From an archaeon (GTDB lineage Archaea; Thermoproteota; Thermoprotei; Thermofilales; JAPDKD01), in contig JAPDKD010000054.1 of assembly GCA_029258735.1 (NCBI GenBank), positions 878 through 24,877 of the forward strand: a stretch of 24,000 nt of DNA. Reading direction: 5' to 3'. Below the pieces are notes generated by a model that worked only from the letters and a program-made list of their open reading frames with translations, made no database searches and was not told the DNA's origin. Positions within the stretch are counted from its first letter, which is position 1. Each line of letters opens with the position of its first letter. The translations under genes and the position numbers were made by a program. This document shows positions 23,464-24,000 of this stretch, in pieces.

Positions 23464-23598
23464 CCCCCCGTAGCTCAGCGGAAGAGCGGCCGGCTGTAGG
23501 TCCAAACCGCGCGGCGACGAGGCACAAAGCCTGGAATGAAGCCGCGCCAGCCAATAGAAACCGGCAGGTCGGGGGTTCAAGTCCCCCCGGGGGGACCA
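23464..23598 (+). tRNA. tRNA-Tyr (anticodon GTA at 23496-23498) with a 60-nt intron at the canonical 37/38 site and an encoded CCA
   Basis: Folded by hand. Acceptor CCCCCCG/CGGGGGG (C1-G72, the archaeal/eukaryal Tyr identity pair). D stem GCTC/GAGC. Anticodon stem GCCGG/CCGGC. Loop CTGTAG[intron]A. Variable region AGGTC. T arm GGGGG-TTCAAGT-CCCCC. Discriminator A, then CCA. Confidence 0.9.
23500..23559 (+). other. tRNA-Tyr intron (bulge-helix-bulge at the splice sites, structured core)
   Basis: The 4-bp central helix is C23494-T23497 paired with A23554-G23557 (one G.T). The 3-nt bulges are AG|G (23498-23500) and AA|A (23558-23560). The internal 7-bp helix is GCGCGGC(23509-15)/GCCGCGC(23541-47). 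Confidence 0.8.
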
Positions 23599-23599
23599 C

Positions 23600-23615
23600 T
23601 TTTCCTAATATTTTT
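23600..23615 (+). terminator. T-tracts after the tRNA (TTTT ... TTTTT)
   Basis: CACTTTTCCTAATATTTTTA lies immediately 3' of the CCA. Oligo-T termination is typical for archaeal RNA polymerase. Confidence 0.4.
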
Positions 23616-24000
23616 ATATTAAAATTGGTAGGGGAGGGGTGTTTAAAAACTCATGGAGGATTTTGCGTCTTTCTTTTAGTGGATATTTGTATGCTTCAAG
23701 AAGTGCTTTCAGTTTTTTGCTACGTTTGCTTTCTCTGAAACCTATTTCAGCGGCAAATTTATGTAATGCTTTCTTGCCGCCTAAAATATGTAAGCTGTAG
23801 CTATGTTTAAAGTTAATTACTCTGTTATCTATAATTCTTGTTTGTGGTGGATTTAGATTGATTTTTGTCTTATATCCTAAGTTTCTAAGTAGTTTTGATG
23901 TTACTAAAAGGACTTCTAAATCGCCTGTTGACATTTTTAAAATGTAGCCAGAAGCCGACTTTTTAATTGAGACGCATCCCTCGCTGTCGAATAGTCCCTG
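23614..24000 (-). CDS. LAGLIDADG homing-endonuclease-like protein (C-terminal part; the ORF is open to the window edge)
   Basis: The frame upstream of the ORF-track Met stays open to nt 24000 and reads QGLFDSEGCVSIKKSASGYILK, a LAGLIDADG-type motif (GLFDSEG). The downstream segment LHILGGKKALHKFAAEIGFRESKRSKKLKALLEAY is typical of the endonuclease fold. Confidence 0.6.
   Translation of the reverse strand, partial: QGLFDSEGCVSIKKSASGYILKMSTGDLEVLLVTSKLLRNLGYKTKINLNPPQTRIIDNRVINFKHSYSLHILGGKKALHKFAAEIGFRESKRSKKLKALLEAYKYPLKERRKILHEFLNTPPLPILI

Noticed and set aside
23516-23541. Possible k-turn (GA/GA) at the base of the tRNA-Tyr intron helix
   Set aside because: The bulged strand fits (GAC bulge then G23519 A23520). 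The opposite strand reads GAA before G23541, so the 2n position would be A, not G, without an extra inserted base. It is not a clean k-turn.
1-24000. CRISPR arrays, rRNA genes, IS elements or terminal inverted repeats
   Set aside because: I scanned by eye for regularly spaced direct repeats, transposase or integrase motifs and rRNA-like conserved strings. I found none. By-eye scanning cannot exclude short or degenerate elements.

Overview
This is a compact archaeal chromosome segment of Thermoproteota/Crenarchaeota type. Supporting signs: ribosomal proteins eS25 and P1, a tRNA-Tyr with a C1-G72 pair and a 60-nt intron at 37/38, A/T-box promoters about 25 nt upstream of leaderless or short-leader starts, and many 1-41 nt gene overlaps. 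I call about 29 protein genes, 1 tRNA and 1 candidate small RNA.

Left part (1-6.65 kb): conserved housekeeping. It holds a Zn-ribbon ORF, deoC, the archaeal mevalonate-entry trio (HMG-CoA synthase, thiolase, DUF35), an HTH+Zn-ribbon regulator, a THUMP-SPOUT fusion and a NOL1/NOP2/Sun m5C RNA methyltransferase.

Middle part (6.65-14.0 kb): a visibly more A+T-rich block of uncharacterised genes, and the best place to look for something new. It opens with a 28-nt alternating pyrimidine-purine tract that contains a 24-bp perfect palindrome. It then holds a membrane protein plus a possible decayed NTPase/wHTH pair, two convergent overlapping membrane-tethered wHTH regulators, and a three-gene module. 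That module is a coiled-coil protein, an 831-aa surface protein (beta-propeller + CarboxypepD_reg-like domains + CWGC thioredoxin + C-terminal anchor), and an unlisted 30-aa TM micro-ORF.

Right part (14-24 kb): eS25, an orphan PqqD/RRE-like protein coupled to a double winged-helix K/E-rich protein, an Lhr-type helicase, a stand-alone P1 stalk gene, DUF354, a PAPS-reductase-family protein with a long N-terminal extension, a candidate non-canonical C/D-box-like sRNA, a guanine-deaminase-like gene, the intron-containing tRNA-Tyr and a LAGLIDADG endonuclease-like gene that runs off the window.

I saw no CRISPR array, rRNA or clear transposon. All functional calls rest on motif recognition by eye; no database search was run.
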